Shown here: piece by piece, positions 35,770 to 45,880 of the stretch | Numbering within the stretch: the stretch's first letter is position 1 | Layout of the letters: each line of letters begins with the position of its first letter | Origin: a virus | Taxonomy: Duplodnaviria; Caudoviricetes | Virus record (IMG/VR): IMGVR_UViG_3300020044_011308 | Span: 5,070-69,069 of that record | Reading direction: 5' to 3' (one strand) | DNA: 64,000 nt | Notes under the pieces: model-generated | Seen by the model: the letters and a program-made list of their open reading frames with translations, nothing else | The model's database searches: none | Told to the model about the DNA's origin: nothing | Program-made: the position numbers and the translations under genes

Positions 35770-37497
35770 TTAACCTTCACAACTAACGCAAGTATCATTT
35801 CTGGAGATATTATCTCCTCTTAAAATACTTTCACTTCTGCAATAATATAATGTTTTAATACCTTCTCTCCATGCTAATTTATGCACCTCACTAATGTATT
35901 TTGGTGAATCAGATGGATCAAATGTTAAATTTAAGGAAATTGCTTGGTCAACATATTTTTGTCTAATTCCATTTTGACGAACAATTTCGTAAGGGTTAAT
36001 TTCTTTAAATGTTAAAAATACTTCTTTTTCTTCAGCAGATAATATATGATCAGGTAAACCTATTACAGATCCTTTGTCTTTAGCTATTTGTTCCCAAATG
36101 CTATTAATGTTATATCCTTTTTTTTCAAGTAAACGCTCCAATGTTGGATTACGTTTAATGAATGTACCTTTAGCTGTTTTTAAATTAAATACATTTGCAG
36201 GGATTGGTTCAATTGAAGGGGAAACTCCACCTGAAATATTTGCATTTGATACTGTTGGGGCAATTGCTTGGTGATGTGTGTGTCTTAAGCCTGTTCCTTT
36301 ACACCATTCTGGTTCTCCATATTCTTTTGCTTGGTCTCGAGATGCTTTTAATGTTTCTTCTTCAATAAATTGAGACATCATTCGAGTGTATGAATTTGCT
36401 TGTAAACCTGCGAAAGGGATTCCTTTTTCTTGTAAAAATGTATGCCATCCAAGTACTCCAATACCAATTGCTCTACCTTTAACAGCAGAACGGTGAGTAT
36501 TTTCCATAAATTTAAGACTTTTAGAACGATCTATAAATTCTTGCAATACACCTTCTAAAAACCAACAAGTTAATTCAGGTAAAGTCATTCCATTTTCAAA
36601 TTTATAGTCTTTCCATTCATCCCATCTTGCTAAATTTAATGAAGATAAGCAACAAATAAATGAATGTAATGGATCTGTGTAAAGTGCTATTTCAGAACAA
36701 ATGTTTGTCATTGAGACATTCAAGTTAAAGTTTTTGTATGCTTGAGGATTTGCATTGTTTATATTATCTTCAAACATCAAATATGGTTCACCTGTTTCTA
36801 AACGAGTTTTTAAAATTTCACCCCATAGTCTTAAAGCACGTGGTTCTTTTTCCTCTAACTTGTTCATAAAATCATCATCGATAACAACGCATTGATGCAT
36901 GTTTAGGCATTGTCTATTAACATCTCCTTTAGGGCGGCGAACCATTAAAAATTCCTCTATATCGGGATGATTCACGTGTAAATTAACTGATGCTGCACCA
37001 CGTCTAACGGATCCTTGATTGGTAGCTAAAATTGTTGAATCATATATTTTAATCCAAGGGACTACACCCTCAGATACACCGTTTCCAGAAATTTCTTTAC
37101 CTCTACCTCTAATTCGAGACACACCAATTCCAACTCCACCACCTTGAGATGACAAACGCATTAATTCAGAATTTGCTAATGCAATACCCTCAATTGAATC
37201 GTCTGTATCAATCCCAAAGCAAGAAATTGGCATACCACGTTCTGTACCTAAATTAGATAAAACAGGGGATGCTAAACACAACCAATTTTTTTCCATTGCT
37301 TCCGCAAAAAATGGTTGAAGATCTTTACGTTTTAGTCTACGAGAGGCAGCCTTTGATACTCGATTAAATGCTTTAAATACATTTTCTTCTGGGAGTAAAT
37401 ATCCTTGTGAAACTATGGATTTACCAATTTCATCTAACCATTCAGGATAATCTTTACCCTTCACCCATTTACTGGTGTCTACATTTAATTTGCTCAT
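35770..37497 (-). CDS. nrdA: Ribonucleotide reductase class I alpha subunit (short, no ATP cone)
   Basis: ISCF, GGGVG, NICSE, APT, TLYY, C-terminal CVSC. Confidence 0.95.
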   Translation of the reverse strand: MSKLNVDTSKWVKGKDYPEWLDEIGKSIVSQGYLLPEENVFKAFNRVSKAASRRLKRKDLQPFFAEAMEKNWLCLASPVLSNLGTERGMPISCFGIDTDDSIEGIALANSELMRLSSQGGGVGIGVSRIRGRGKEISGNGVSEGVVPWIKIYDSTILATNQGSVRRGAASVNLHVNHPDIEEFLMVRRPKGDVNRQCLNMHQCVVIDDDFMNKLEEKEPRALRLWGEILKTRLETGEPYLMFEDNINNANPQAYKNFNLNVSMTNICSEIALYTDPLHSFICCLSSLNLARWDEWKDYKFENGMTLPELTCWFLEGVLQEFIDRSKSLKFMENTHRSAVKGRAIGIGVLGWHTFLQEKGIPFAGLQANSYTRMMSQFIEEETLKASRDQAKEYGEPEWCKGTGLRHTHHQAIAPTVSNANISGGVSPSIEPIPANVFNLKTAKGTFIKRNPTLERLLEKKGYNINSIWEQIAKDKGSVIGLPDHILSAEEKEVFLTFKEINPYEIVRQNGIRQKYVDQAISLNLTFDPSDSPKYISEVHKLAWREGIKTLYYCRSESILRGDNISRNDTCVSCEG

Positions 37498-38027
37498 TTT
37501 TTTATTATTATTTCTTTGTCTTTAAATTCCGTTGTAAAATCTTCGGGGGTAAATTTTTTAACTAAACGTTCAGCAAATTTCATTCTACTTGAAGAAATAG
37601 GTTTAATAACCATTATGTCTGTTAAAGTTTGTTGTTTAAAAAATGGTAATATTTCGTCTCTATAAATTTTTGCTACTGTATCTGAACGAGTATTAATATC
37701 TAATGTTGATGTATTTTGGTTTCCATACGGAACTGAGGGTTCATATGTAGCTTTTTTATTTTTGTCAAGCCACCCCGTTTTAAATTCAAAATAATTAAGG
37801 GGTTCAGGAGCATAATGGACTCGAACAAAAAATTCAACTCCATTCGGGTCTATATAAGTATAAAATCCTTTTTTTCCTTCATATGGAAGTGAATTGTCTG
37901 GGTTGAGTAGTTCTCCAATCATAACTTCATTTGTTATGATCATTTCATCTTTAAGAGAATATGGGTGATTTTTAAAATGTTTTTGAAGTTCCTCTTTAAC
38001 TATTTCTTTTAAATTATCTAGTTTCAT
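37494..38027 (-). CDS. Hypothetical protein with MKLDNLKEIVKEEL N-terminus
   Basis: 177-aa ORF between nrdB and nrdA; N-terminus shared with 55472-55843. Confidence 0.7.
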   Translation of the reverse strand: MKLDNLKEIVKEELQKHFKNHPYSLKDEMIITNEVMIGELLNPDNSLPYEGKKGFYTYIDPNGVEFFVRVHYAPEPLNYFEFKTGWLDKNKKATYEPSVPYGNQNTSTLDINTRSDTVAKIYRDEILPFFKQQTLTDIMVIKPISSSRMKFAERLVKKFTPEDFTTEFKDKEIIIKK

Positions 38028-38161
38028 AGTTTGTTTTTTATTAGTTCAATCAAGTTTTCTAAAGTTAATATATTTTCAACTTCTCCATCCTTTATTTCAA
38101 TATTATATTTAGATTCAATAAGTTGGAGAATTTCAATTTTATATATTATATTTTCGTCCAT
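38024..38161 (-). CDS. 45-aa acyl-carrier-protein-like fragment
   Basis: MDENIIYKIEILQLIESKYNIEIKDGEVENILTLENLIELIKNKL; resembles ACP helices II-IV without the DS(L) serine; ATGA-coupled. Confidence 0.55.
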   Translation of the reverse strand: MDENIIYKIEILQLIESKYNIEIKDGEVENILTLENLIELIKNKL

Positions 38162-38167
38162 ACTTGT

Positions 38168-39118
38168 CTACAAATCGCTCCAGTCAGCGGTTGATTTTGA
38201 ATAATCTGTTACTCTTCCTGCGAAGAAATCTTGGTGTGTTTTACCACTTGTTAAATGTCCGAACCATTCCATTTGTTTTAATAAATTTGGATCGATATCG
38301 TTGTATAAAGGATTATAACCTAATTCAATTAATTTTTGGTTGGCACGTTCCTTAATAAAGTTTTTTAATTGGTCTTTATTTAAACCTTCAACTTCACCCA
38401 TTTCAAATGCTTTGTCAATAAAATCAAATTCTAATTGTACTGATATATCACAAGCTATTGAAATTTGGTCTTCAAATTCTTTTGTAGCTAAATGTGGATT
38501 TTCCTCCATTAATGTTCTAAATAACCAGCATCCTGCTTTTGAATGTAAGGATTCATCTCTAACACTATATTCTACAATTTGACCTGTTCCTTTCATCATG
38601 TTTCGTAGTTGAAAAGACATTAAAATGGCAAATGAAGAAAATAAATTTACACCTTCAGTAAATGCAGAAAATATAGCTAATGAAAGAGCTTTTTCACTTA
38701 ATGTTTCTCCAGGAGTTTCAATTAAACGATCAATTTTAGCTTTTGCTTCTTCATCTTCCATAAAAGCTGCAAAATCATCTAATCCCAATTCTTCATTTAA
38801 GCGTGCATATGCTTCAGCATGTATCGATTCAAAATCAGCAAACACACGAGACATAGCTTGAATTTCTGGTTTTGGAAACCACATTGATACTTTTGTAGAC
38901 CAATAATCGTTAACATGTACTTCTGTTTGAGTAAATGATTTTAGAATATTTCCAATTAAGTTTTTTTCTGATTCGCTTAATTTAAGTTTCCAGTCATTTA
39001 AATCTGAAGATAAAGGTACCTCATCTGCTAGCCAGTGTACTCGATGTTGATCTTTAAAAAAGTCAAATGCAATTTGATATTCAAATGGTTTGTAAAAGTG
39101 TCTTGGTTCTGTTATCAT
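38168..39118 (-). CDS. nrdB: Ribonucleotide reductase class I beta subunit
   Basis: TE, ESIHAEAY, EG, RDESLH metal ligands; DFF...Y C-terminal region. Confidence 0.95.
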   Translation of the reverse strand: MITEPRHFYKPFEYQIAFDFFKDQHRVHWLADEVPLSSDLNDWKLKLSESEKNLIGNILKSFTQTEVHVNDYWSTKVSMWFPKPEIQAMSRVFADFESIHAEAYARLNEELGLDDFAAFMEDEEAKAKIDRLIETPGETLSEKALSLAIFSAFTEGVNLFSSFAILMSFQLRNMMKGTGQIVEYSVRDESLHSKAGCWLFRTLMEENPHLATKEFEDQISIACDISVQLEFDFIDKAFEMGEVEGLNKDQLKNFIKERANQKLIELGYNPLYNDIDPNLLKQMEWFGHLTSGKTHQDFFAGRVTDYSKSTADWSDL

Positions 39119-40473
39119 GTGTTTAATTCAAAAAATTTATTACTTAACATTTGTCTATCTAAATCATCAAAATTACCATTTAATGACTTTCTTGGTGCAA
39201 CTGTATCTGCTTCTTCATCGTAATGGTCTCCAATAATAATGTGACCATTTGATGTGTTAACATCTACTTGAAAAGTTAATCCATCCATCCCATATCTATT
39301 TTTCATGATATGGAATCTTCCGGTTCCATTAACTTTATCTTCTTTTTTTCTTGATAATGAAATTGATAAATCGGTAATCATCATTTTATCGTAACTACCT
39401 GCGGCTTTATCACCTTCAATAACATCATCTTTAGCTCCCGCGCGATTTACTTGGGAAACTGACCAAATTGGTAAATTAAGCTCTCTAGCTAATCCTTTGG
39501 TACTAGTATAAATATCGTCTATTTCTCCCTTACGGTCAACATTTCTTTTTCTTGTTGAAAGAAGATCAATATAGTCTATAAGGATAAGATCAGGTTCAAT
39601 CCCTAAATCTTTTACTTTTTGTATGTGAGATTCTATAGTGTTTATTGTAGTTTTTCCCATAGGATATTCCTTAATTATCAATTCACCTTTTAAATCAGAC
39701 ATCATGTTATTTACTTGATCTTTATTTTTGTCTAAAGAATCTACTGGTAAGCCTGTAAAAAATGCATCGTATCTTCGTCCTGTATAGGATTCACTTAATT
39801 CTAAAGTATAGTGAATAACATTGTATCCCATTTTAACAGCAAATCCACCTAAAGCAACTAATGTCCATGATTTTCCTCCACCCGGGCTACCAAAAATTAA
39901 ACCTAAATCTCCATTTCCTAAACCACCTTGAATTAATTCATTAATAGCGGGCCAAGGAGATGGAACTATTGTTCTGTGATCTTCACGGTAACGTGATTCA
40001 GTATCTTTTCTGTATTCGTGGCCTATGTTTTTATCTTGCCCCGCTTTCATTGCTGATTCAATCATATATTTAATTGAATCGTAATCTCCAGCTTTAAGTA
40101 AATCTACACTATTTAATAGTGCTTTTTTTAGTTGTTGATTTTTGCAAAATGTTGAGAATTCAAGTTGAACATATTCTAAATCTTCTAAATCTGCTCTATA
40201 TGCTTCACGTAATTGCTCTTTAACAGATACTTTAAGTACCTCGTTATCTAACTTTTTCATTTCAACTTTTAAAATATCCATTGAAATAGTAGTGTGATAA
40301 CTTTCGTAATATTGTATGATCTGATTTATAACCCATTTATGTGCAGGGTTAGAAAAATATTCATCGCTTAGTACATCATTTATGTTTTGTAAAAATTCTT
40401 TATGTGTTAATAAAGAAGATATAACTTTCATTTGAAACGATGGACCGTATTCGTCAATTGATTGGAGGGTCAA
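39115..40473 (-). CDS. Replicative DnaB-like helicase (T4 gp41-like)
   Basis: GSPGGGKS, YTLE, IDYIDLL, SQVNR, KNRYG; TTG start. Confidence 0.92.
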   Translation of the reverse strand: MTLQSIDEYGPSFQMKVISSLLTHKEFLQNINDVLSDEYFSNPAHKWVINQIIQYYESYHTTISMDILKVEMKKLDNEVLKVSVKEQLREAYRADLEDLEYVQLEFSTFCKNQQLKKALLNSVDLLKAGDYDSIKYMIESAMKAGQDKNIGHEYRKDTESRYREDHRTIVPSPWPAINELIQGGLGNGDLGLIFGSPGGGKSWTLVALGGFAVKMGYNVIHYTLELSESYTGRRYDAFFTGLPVDSLDKNKDQVNNMMSDLKGELIIKEYPMGKTTINTIESHIQKVKDLGIEPDLILIDYIDLLSTRKRNVDRKGEIDDIYTSTKGLARELNLPIWSVSQVNRAGAKDDVIEGDKAAGSYDKMMITDLSISLSRKKEDKVNGTGRFHIMKNRYGMDGLTFQVDVNTSNGHIIIGDHYDEEADTVAPRKSLNGNFDDLDRQMLSNKFFELNT

Positions 40474-40508
40474 AACTTTTATTTTTTAAATGATTAATAA
40501 CTTTTATT

Positions 40509-40539
40509 TAAATATAATAACTTATTGTTGGTTTTCCAA
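40509..40539 (-). promoter_or_regulatory. Class I promoter TTG-N20-TATATTTA
   Basis: Exact 20-nt spacer. Confidence 0.7.
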
Positions 40540-41553
40540 CAAATCTTTAAAAATATCGCGAACCCAATAATCTGTATTTCTTATTAGGTTCCCAATTTGA
40601 TCTTCATTGCACATTTCAACAAATGTATCAGGAAGAAAATTTAATGGTGTATTTTCTACAAATTTATCAATAAACATTTTATCTTTATCATCCATCATAG
40701 GATTTGATAAATCCATTACCCTATATTTGTCTTCTAGTAATGGTATGTTATGTAATACCCTTGCATATATGATATGCTCTTTTAATTTAGTTTCAGCTAA
40801 GCTTATTAAATCATCAAAGGATAAATCTTGGGTTGCAAGTTCAGGGAATCGTTTAAATAAACCTTTTGCCCCTAATCCTTTAATTCCAGTTACACCATCT
40901 GAATTATCTCCCATTAGTAACTTGTAAAGTAAAAAGTTATGGGGGGTAATATTGAATTTTTCTTTTACTGTATCTGTAGTGTAGTATTCTTTTTCAATTG
41001 GTCTGTAGACTATAACTTTATCGCTAATTAACTGCAGGTAATCTTTATCGCTAGATACTATGAATACTCTGTCTTCGGGTTTTGTAGGCAATGTACTGCT
41101 TAAATATGCGATGATATCATCCGCCTCTACTGTAGGTAGAGATACTGTTTTAACAGGTAATGTTTTTAAGTATTGGATGATGCGAACAATTTGATTTATT
41201 TTAGAATCATCTTCTTCTTCTAAATTGTCAAATAATTCGTGTTTGGTTACTCGAGATACATTTCGATTTGATTTGTATTCAGGAATAATATTTTTTCTAT
41301 TGTTAGAAGAGCCTACACCATCAAACACCATGTAAACTTGGGTTGGTTGTATTGTTCTAATTAAAGCTCCTAAAGATCGAAAAAATCCCCCTAAACCTCC
41401 TATATGGACTCCATTTGAATTTACGGCATTTATAGCACTAAAATTTCTAAAAAATAAGTTAAGTCCATCTATTAGCAGGTAGCGTTCTGATTGTGGCAAT
41501 TCTTCTCCATGTTCTTGTACAGTATCAAGGAGGTTTAAGAGGTCTTTTTTCAT
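40522..41553 (-). CDS. 5'-3' exonuclease / flap endonuclease (T4 RNase H-like)
   Basis: LIDG, VFDG, YKSNR, EADD, SSDKD, GDNSDGVTGIKGLG. Confidence 0.93.
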   Translation of the reverse strand: MKKDLLNLLDTVQEHGEELPQSERYLLIDGLNLFFRNFSAINAVNSNGVHIGGLGGFFRSLGALIRTIQPTQVYMVFDGVGSSNNRKNIIPEYKSNRNVSRVTKHELFDNLEEEDDSKINQIVRIIQYLKTLPVKTVSLPTVEADDIIAYLSSTLPTKPEDRVFIVSSDKDYLQLISDKVIVYRPIEKEYYTTDTVKEKFNITPHNFLLYKLLMGDNSDGVTGIKGLGAKGLFKRFPELATQDLSFDDLISLAETKLKEHIIYARVLHNIPLLEDKYRVMDLSNPMMDDKDKMFIDKFVENTPLNFLPDTFVEMCNEDQIGNLIRNTDYWVRDIFKDLLENQQ

Positions 41554-41554
41554 A

Positions 41555-42649
41555 TTAATCTTCGGTTTCAAATAAATCTGGGGTAGCTACTTTTTCATCC
41601 CACTCACTAGTATCTTCTTGGACTGAGTAGTTACCTTGTCCCAATATATCTGCCCATTCTTTAACGTGTGCATCTTTATATTTTTTAACTGCGTTTGGAT
41701 CATCTTTAATAAATCCATGTACTGTTGATATAATAGTTCCCATTGTAGTAATTCCATTAATGTGATTTTTATCACAAGCAATTTTAGTACGTAATGCGAA
41801 TTCAACTTTTTTCTTATCTTTAACAGCATTAATTTTTGATGTACCGGCATTTGTAACGTTACCAAATGTTAAACATAAAGAAACATCGTAATAAAATGTA
41901 TCTCCACCTTTGTTTGTCATTCTAGGTTGTGACATTGGAGTTAAGGCAGGTGCTACACCTACTTTATTTACAATAAACAGAGTATTCGTGTATTTTGAAC
42001 TTTCCTTACGAGACATTACAATCTGTTGATTGATAAAATTACCGAATTGAGTTGCGATTGCTCCTGCGTTCCACATTGGGTTGTTTTTCCCTTGATTAAT
42101 GGACATGTCACATGGAATTGAACCAACTGAATCCCATATAAAGAGTAAATCATATGGTAGATTACCTTTCTTTTGTTCAGTTAATAAATCAATTATGAAT
42201 GTAGCAATATCTTCAATTGAATTTAAAGAGCTTCTATCTCTGTAAATAAAGAATCCAGTTTGATCTACTATTTCTCCTGTATCGGTATCAACTACATCAT
42301 CGATTTCAAACCCCATTGTTTTCCAGTGGTTCCAATCGTGTTTCATCTCAGTGATGATTAATACAGGTAATATTCCCATTTTTTGAGCATTAACTGCTAC
42401 TTCAATGGTCATAGTAGATTTTCCTGTGTTACTTTTTCCTCTAACCATTGAATTATGGCCTAAAGGAATTCCAGGAATAGATAAAGCTTCTTGTAACGCT
42501 GGTGAAAATGGTATCCACTTTTGTTCTTTAAATTTAACATTAGATGCTAAACCTTTATTCGCTTTAAATTTGTCTAAACTAAAGGCGGACTTTAATTCTT
42601 TATCCGCCGCTTCAGTTAGCGATTTTCTAGTTGTTATTGTTTTTGCCAT
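41555..42649 (-). CDS. RecA/UvsX-like recombinase
   Basis: GIPLG, Walker A GKSNTGKS, WDSVG, KNH; between SSB and exonuclease. Confidence 0.8.
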   Translation of the reverse strand: MAKTITTRKSLTEAADKELKSAFSLDKFKANKGLASNVKFKEQKWIPFSPALQEALSIPGIPLGHNSMVRGKSNTGKSTMTIEVAVNAQKMGILPVLIITEMKHDWNHWKTMGFEIDDVVDTDTGEIVDQTGFFIYRDRSSLNSIEDIATFIIDLLTEQKKGNLPYDLLFIWDSVGSIPCDMSINQGKNNPMWNAGAIATQFGNFINQQIVMSRKESSKYTNTLFIVNKVGVAPALTPMSQPRMTNKGGDTFYYDVSLCLTFGNVTNAGTSKINAVKDKKKVEFALRTKIACDKNHINGITTMGTIISTVHGFIKDDPNAVKKYKDAHVKEWADILGQGNYSVQEDTSEWDEKVATPDLFETED

Positions 42650-42662
42650 ATTTTAATATAAA

Positions 42663-43481
42663 TTAAAATGGCAAATCATCATCTTCTTCAAATAAAGCAT
42701 CAAAATTATCTGCTTTAGATTTCTTAGATTCTGGTTTTGTAGTTAAACTGTAATTTGATTTTGGTTTTTCCTCTACTGTTAATTTTCCATCAGCAGGAGT
42801 GAATTCTTCTTCCTCTTCAGGATTTAACCATTCTGCAAGTGCTGCTTTGATTTCATCAAATGGAAGCATTTTGTAAGATTCTTTTGGATTAACTTGATCC
42901 TCTAACCATAATTCTAAAGATTTTTCATCTTCAGTTAATGGTGATGTTTTCATAGAAGGTGTAATTGTAGTTTTGTTATAAACTGTTCCTGTAGAATCAG
43001 GTCCAACTGTAACTAACTTAATGTCACGTCCCATCATAATGTCTGTAAAATCACCTACTTCTTCATCTGCGGCCATTTGTAAAAATGCTTCGTAAATTTC
43101 TTTACCAAATTCCCACATTTGAACTCCTTCCGACTCTTCACCACGTACAATTACAGGAGCAAAAATACGGTTTTTAGGGTCTAATTTCTTAGCTAATCTC
43201 CAATTTTCCTTGTCATTTGTGCCACGAAGTTGTTTTGCGAATTCAGCAATCGGATCTTTTTCACCCCAATTTAAAGGAGAAGCAATTACTTTTTTACTAC
43301 CAATTCCATAGTAAAATTTCATTTCCGTGAATGGAAATTCTTTGTTGTATTTGAACGGAACAACACGTACCGTTTGTTTACCAATTTGCGGTTTAAATCG
43401 CTTGGTTTGATTGTTTGCACCTCCCCCTGTTGGTTTGGACTGCATGGATTCAAGTTTCTTCTTGATTGCATCTAGATTCAT
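42663..43481 (-). CDS. Single-stranded DNA-binding protein (T4 gp32-like)
   Basis: VRVVP, DPIAE, WEFGKEIY, GRDIKL; acidic tail EEDDDLPF. Confidence 0.85.
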   Translation of the reverse strand: MNLDAIKKKLESMQSKPTGGGANNQTKRFKPQIGKQTVRVVPFKYNKEFPFTEMKFYYGIGSKKVIASPLNWGEKDPIAEFAKQLRGTNDKENWRLAKKLDPKNRIFAPVIVRGEESEGVQMWEFGKEIYEAFLQMAADEEVGDFTDIMMGRDIKLVTVGPDSTGTVYNKTTITPSMKTSPLTEDEKSLELWLEDQVNPKESYKMLPFDEIKAALAEWLNPEEEEEFTPADGKLTVEEKPKSNYSLTTKPESKKSKADNFDALFEEDDDLPF

Positions 43482-43508
43482 ATATAACTATTTTTTATTG
43501 TTTACAAC

Positions 43509-43539
43509 TAAATATAATAACCTTTATTTGCTAAGCCAA
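43509..43539 (-). promoter_or_regulatory. Class I promoter TTG-N20-TATATTTA
   Basis: Exact 20-nt spacer. Confidence 0.7.
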
Positions 43540-44001
43540 CTATAATTCAATAATCTTGAAAATCTTTGTATTAAGTTGCTTAATTTCATTGTGTTGGGTC
43601 AACAATATACAATTTCTGTAATGTTGCCAATTCACTGGGTAATTTGTATCCACTGCTCCGCCATTTAATTTTTTAATTAATTCATTTAATGCATTAATTG
43701 TATAGAGTGTGTTGGAATCTTTTTTTCTATGTACTAAAATTGTATTATCTGGGATGTCGTTTATGTTTCCTTGATCTACATTGTATGTTACAACATACTC
43801 ATTGTTGCTTTTAATATGCAGCACAAACATTTTGTTATACATTATTGTATAACGTGATGTAAGTCCATTTATCAATGAATCTAAATCATCCAATGGGGAA
43901 AAAGTGCAAAACAACCTATTGTTCATAAGTAATGAATCAAATGTGACATTGTAGTCATATTGATCATACATATTGATGGGTTGTTCAAGAATATTGTACA
44001 T
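43540..44001 (-). CDS. Conserved hypothetical protein
   Basis: LFCTF...HRKKDSNTLYTINALN. Confidence 0.75.
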   Translation of the reverse strand: MYNILEQPINMYDQYDYNVTFDSLLMNNRLFCTFSPLDDLDSLINGLTSRYTIMYNKMFVLHIKSNNEYVVTYNVDQGNINDIPDNTILVHRKKDSNTLYTINALNELIKKLNGGAVDTNYPVNWQHYRNCILLTQHNEIKQLNTKIFKIIEL

Positions 44002-44004
44002 AAC

Positions 44005-45252
44005 TTATTTTATATTATTGTAGTTTGTGCCGGTTTTAATTTTAAATTGAAAATTTTTACCATTTATTATCTTTGATATTTGCTCTATTACGTCTTTTTC
44101 ATTTTCATCAAAATCAAATAAAAATGAATCATAAACATATAATACGAGTTTAGTATTTTTCCCTCGTAATATTTTAAATATTTCATATAGTATACAAATA
44201 TTATTTGCGGTTTCCAAGTTTTGGAGTAAGTAATTTAAAAGTTTTTGTGGATTCATATTTTCCATTTCACTTTTTACAAATTTATGTTTTGAAATCGGAC
44301 ATTCAATGTATCCTCCATAATTAAATGTATCCCATAAATCATCAGTATATGCTATTACTTTTTTAAAGAAAGGAAGTTCTTGATATTCCTTCCAAACTCC
44401 TCCATAAATTTGTTTAAACGTGATTTCTTTTGCTTTGGCGTAATCCACTCCATACATTTTAGCAAAAGAGCCATGGACATCACCACTATCGAAAGTGTAA
44501 TTAAGTAAATTGGCAATAATGCTAGGATGGTAAGCACTAATATCCATTTCAATAAAAAGGTCATTGCGCGGGATAAAACATTCTCTTTCTCCATTGTCTT
44601 TATTTAAAGCTGAAAAATTAATTCCTCCAAATGCGTTGGAGGGTCTTGTTGTTAGTGTATTTAGGTTATATTGCGTGTATATAAACTCGTTTGCCTCTTT
44701 ATTGAAGTACTGCTCGAATTTAGTTTGGTCTATTTTTATACCCGCTTGTTCGAGTTGAGCAAACACGGTTGCTGCTTTATTGTAAAACGGGTTTACATCT
44801 TCTTTAAAGTTTAAATAATTTTGTTCACATACTTCATAGTGTTTTACAATCGGCACTATTATGTTTAAATCCTGTATATTTAGGTGTTTATTGTAAATAT
44901 GGTTATGAGCAGGTGTTAATTGAGGTATATACGGATGAGGGGTAGGGGGTGGTTGGTAAACATGCTTGAGACAGAAATAATGTAAAAATTCCTTTTTATC
45001 TCTTACATTGATTTTTTCTATACTGTTTAATACTCTCTCTACTGTCTCTAAATCAAAATTTATTGTTTCGCTATGGTTTACAGAAATAATATATCCTTTA
45101 TTGTCGTTTTCAAAACGAAGATAAATAGCACATACACTGTTTTCAACAGGGTGAAGTGTATGTGAACAGGGGATAATATCAATATAAGCTACTTGGTGCT
45201 TTGTGCGACAAATTGTTTCTATATGTTCAATATCTTCTATAAGCCAATACAT
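44005..45252 (-). CDS. Short, divergent family A DNA polymerase-like protein
   Basis: TTRPSN, RECFIP, motif A-like DISAYHP, motif B-like AKEITFKQIYG, NYLLQ, motif C-like YVYDS. Confidence 0.8.
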   Translation of the reverse strand: MYWLIEDIEHIETICRTKHQVAYIDIIPCSHTLHPVENSVCAIYLRFENDNKGYIISVNHSETINFDLETVERVLNSIEKINVRDKKEFLHYFCLKHVYQPPPTPHPYIPQLTPAHNHIYNKHLNIQDLNIIVPIVKHYEVCEQNYLNFKEDVNPFYNKAATVFAQLEQAGIKIDQTKFEQYFNKEANEFIYTQYNLNTLTTRPSNAFGGINFSALNKDNGERECFIPRNDLFIEMDISAYHPSIIANLLNYTFDSGDVHGSFAKMYGVDYAKAKEITFKQIYGGVWKEYQELPFFKKVIAYTDDLWDTFNYGGYIECPISKHKFVKSEMENMNPQKLLNYLLQNLETANNICILYEIFKILRGKNTKLVLYVYDSFLFDFDENEKDVIEQISKIINGKNFQFKIKTGTNYNNIK

Positions 45253-45256
45253 ACTT

Positions 45257-45287
45257 TAAAGATACAAACTATATTTTATGATCCCAA
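45257..45287 (-). promoter_or_regulatory. Class I promoter TTG-N20-TATCTTTA-N4-ATG
   Basis: Exact 20-nt spacer; marks the start of the replication block. Confidence 0.7.
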
Positions 45288-45875
45288 GTAATATTTTAAA
45301 TAATTTTCTTTAAAGTATTGAGAAAAGCCATACCATTTTTGATTTTGTTCAATTTTAAAAACAGATGTTTTATTTGTATTAAATACTGTTTCTTGGTTTC
45401 CTTTAATAACCCATAATAAAAAAGCAGGTTCATATAAATCCCATGCTATTTTTGGATCTTTAGATTGTAATTTAGTGTATGTTTCTTTATCTATTTCTAA
45501 ATATTTTAATTCATTGGTTTTTTTACAGAAATATCTATTAAATTGTCCGTTTTGTTTATCTTGATCAGTTGGTAATGTAGGGTTAAATGATGGAATAGTT
45601 CTAATAGGTGGGTTTAAAGGATAAGATCCATTACTAAGGTCATCTTGGGTTAAAATAACATTAGCGAATACCTTAGATGGTTCATTTGGGAATTTAGGGG
45701 TGGTGTTAGTATTTAATAATATATTAGGTGTATCTTCTGGGTTTTTACCTGTGTATTTTTGTCCTGTTGATATTTCGTAGTAATTTCCTTTATATATTTC
45801 TTTTGTAGTTGAAAGAATATATTCATCTCCATTAGTGTATAAATTAGTTTTAATTTGGGATTTTGGATAATACAT
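45276..45875 (-). CDS. Baseplate-region hypothetical protein
   Basis: MYYPKSQI...NLYTNG...RYFCKK; last gene of the tail operon. Confidence 0.65.
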   Translation of the reverse strand: MYYPKSQIKTNLYTNGDEYILSTTKEIYKGNYYEISTGQKYTGKNPEDTPNILLNTNTTPKFPNEPSKVFANVILTQDDLSNGSYPLNPPIRTIPSFNPTLPTDQDKQNGQFNRYFCKKTNELKYLEIDKETYTKLQSKDPKIAWDLYEPAFLLWVIKGNQETVFNTNKTSVFKIEQNQKWYGFSQYFKENYLKYYLGS

Positions 45876-45880
45876 ATTAA

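Noticed and set aside
37494-38161. Homing endonuclease, intron or intein between or within nrd genes
   Set aside because: No HNH, GIY-YIG or LAGLIDADG motif or splice termini; nrdA and nrdB are uninterrupted
12940-44594. Alternative-frame minus ORFs nested in polB, mazG, queE, the HxGH gene, recA and polA
   Set aside because: Contained within conserved genes, with no recognisable motifs or initiation context
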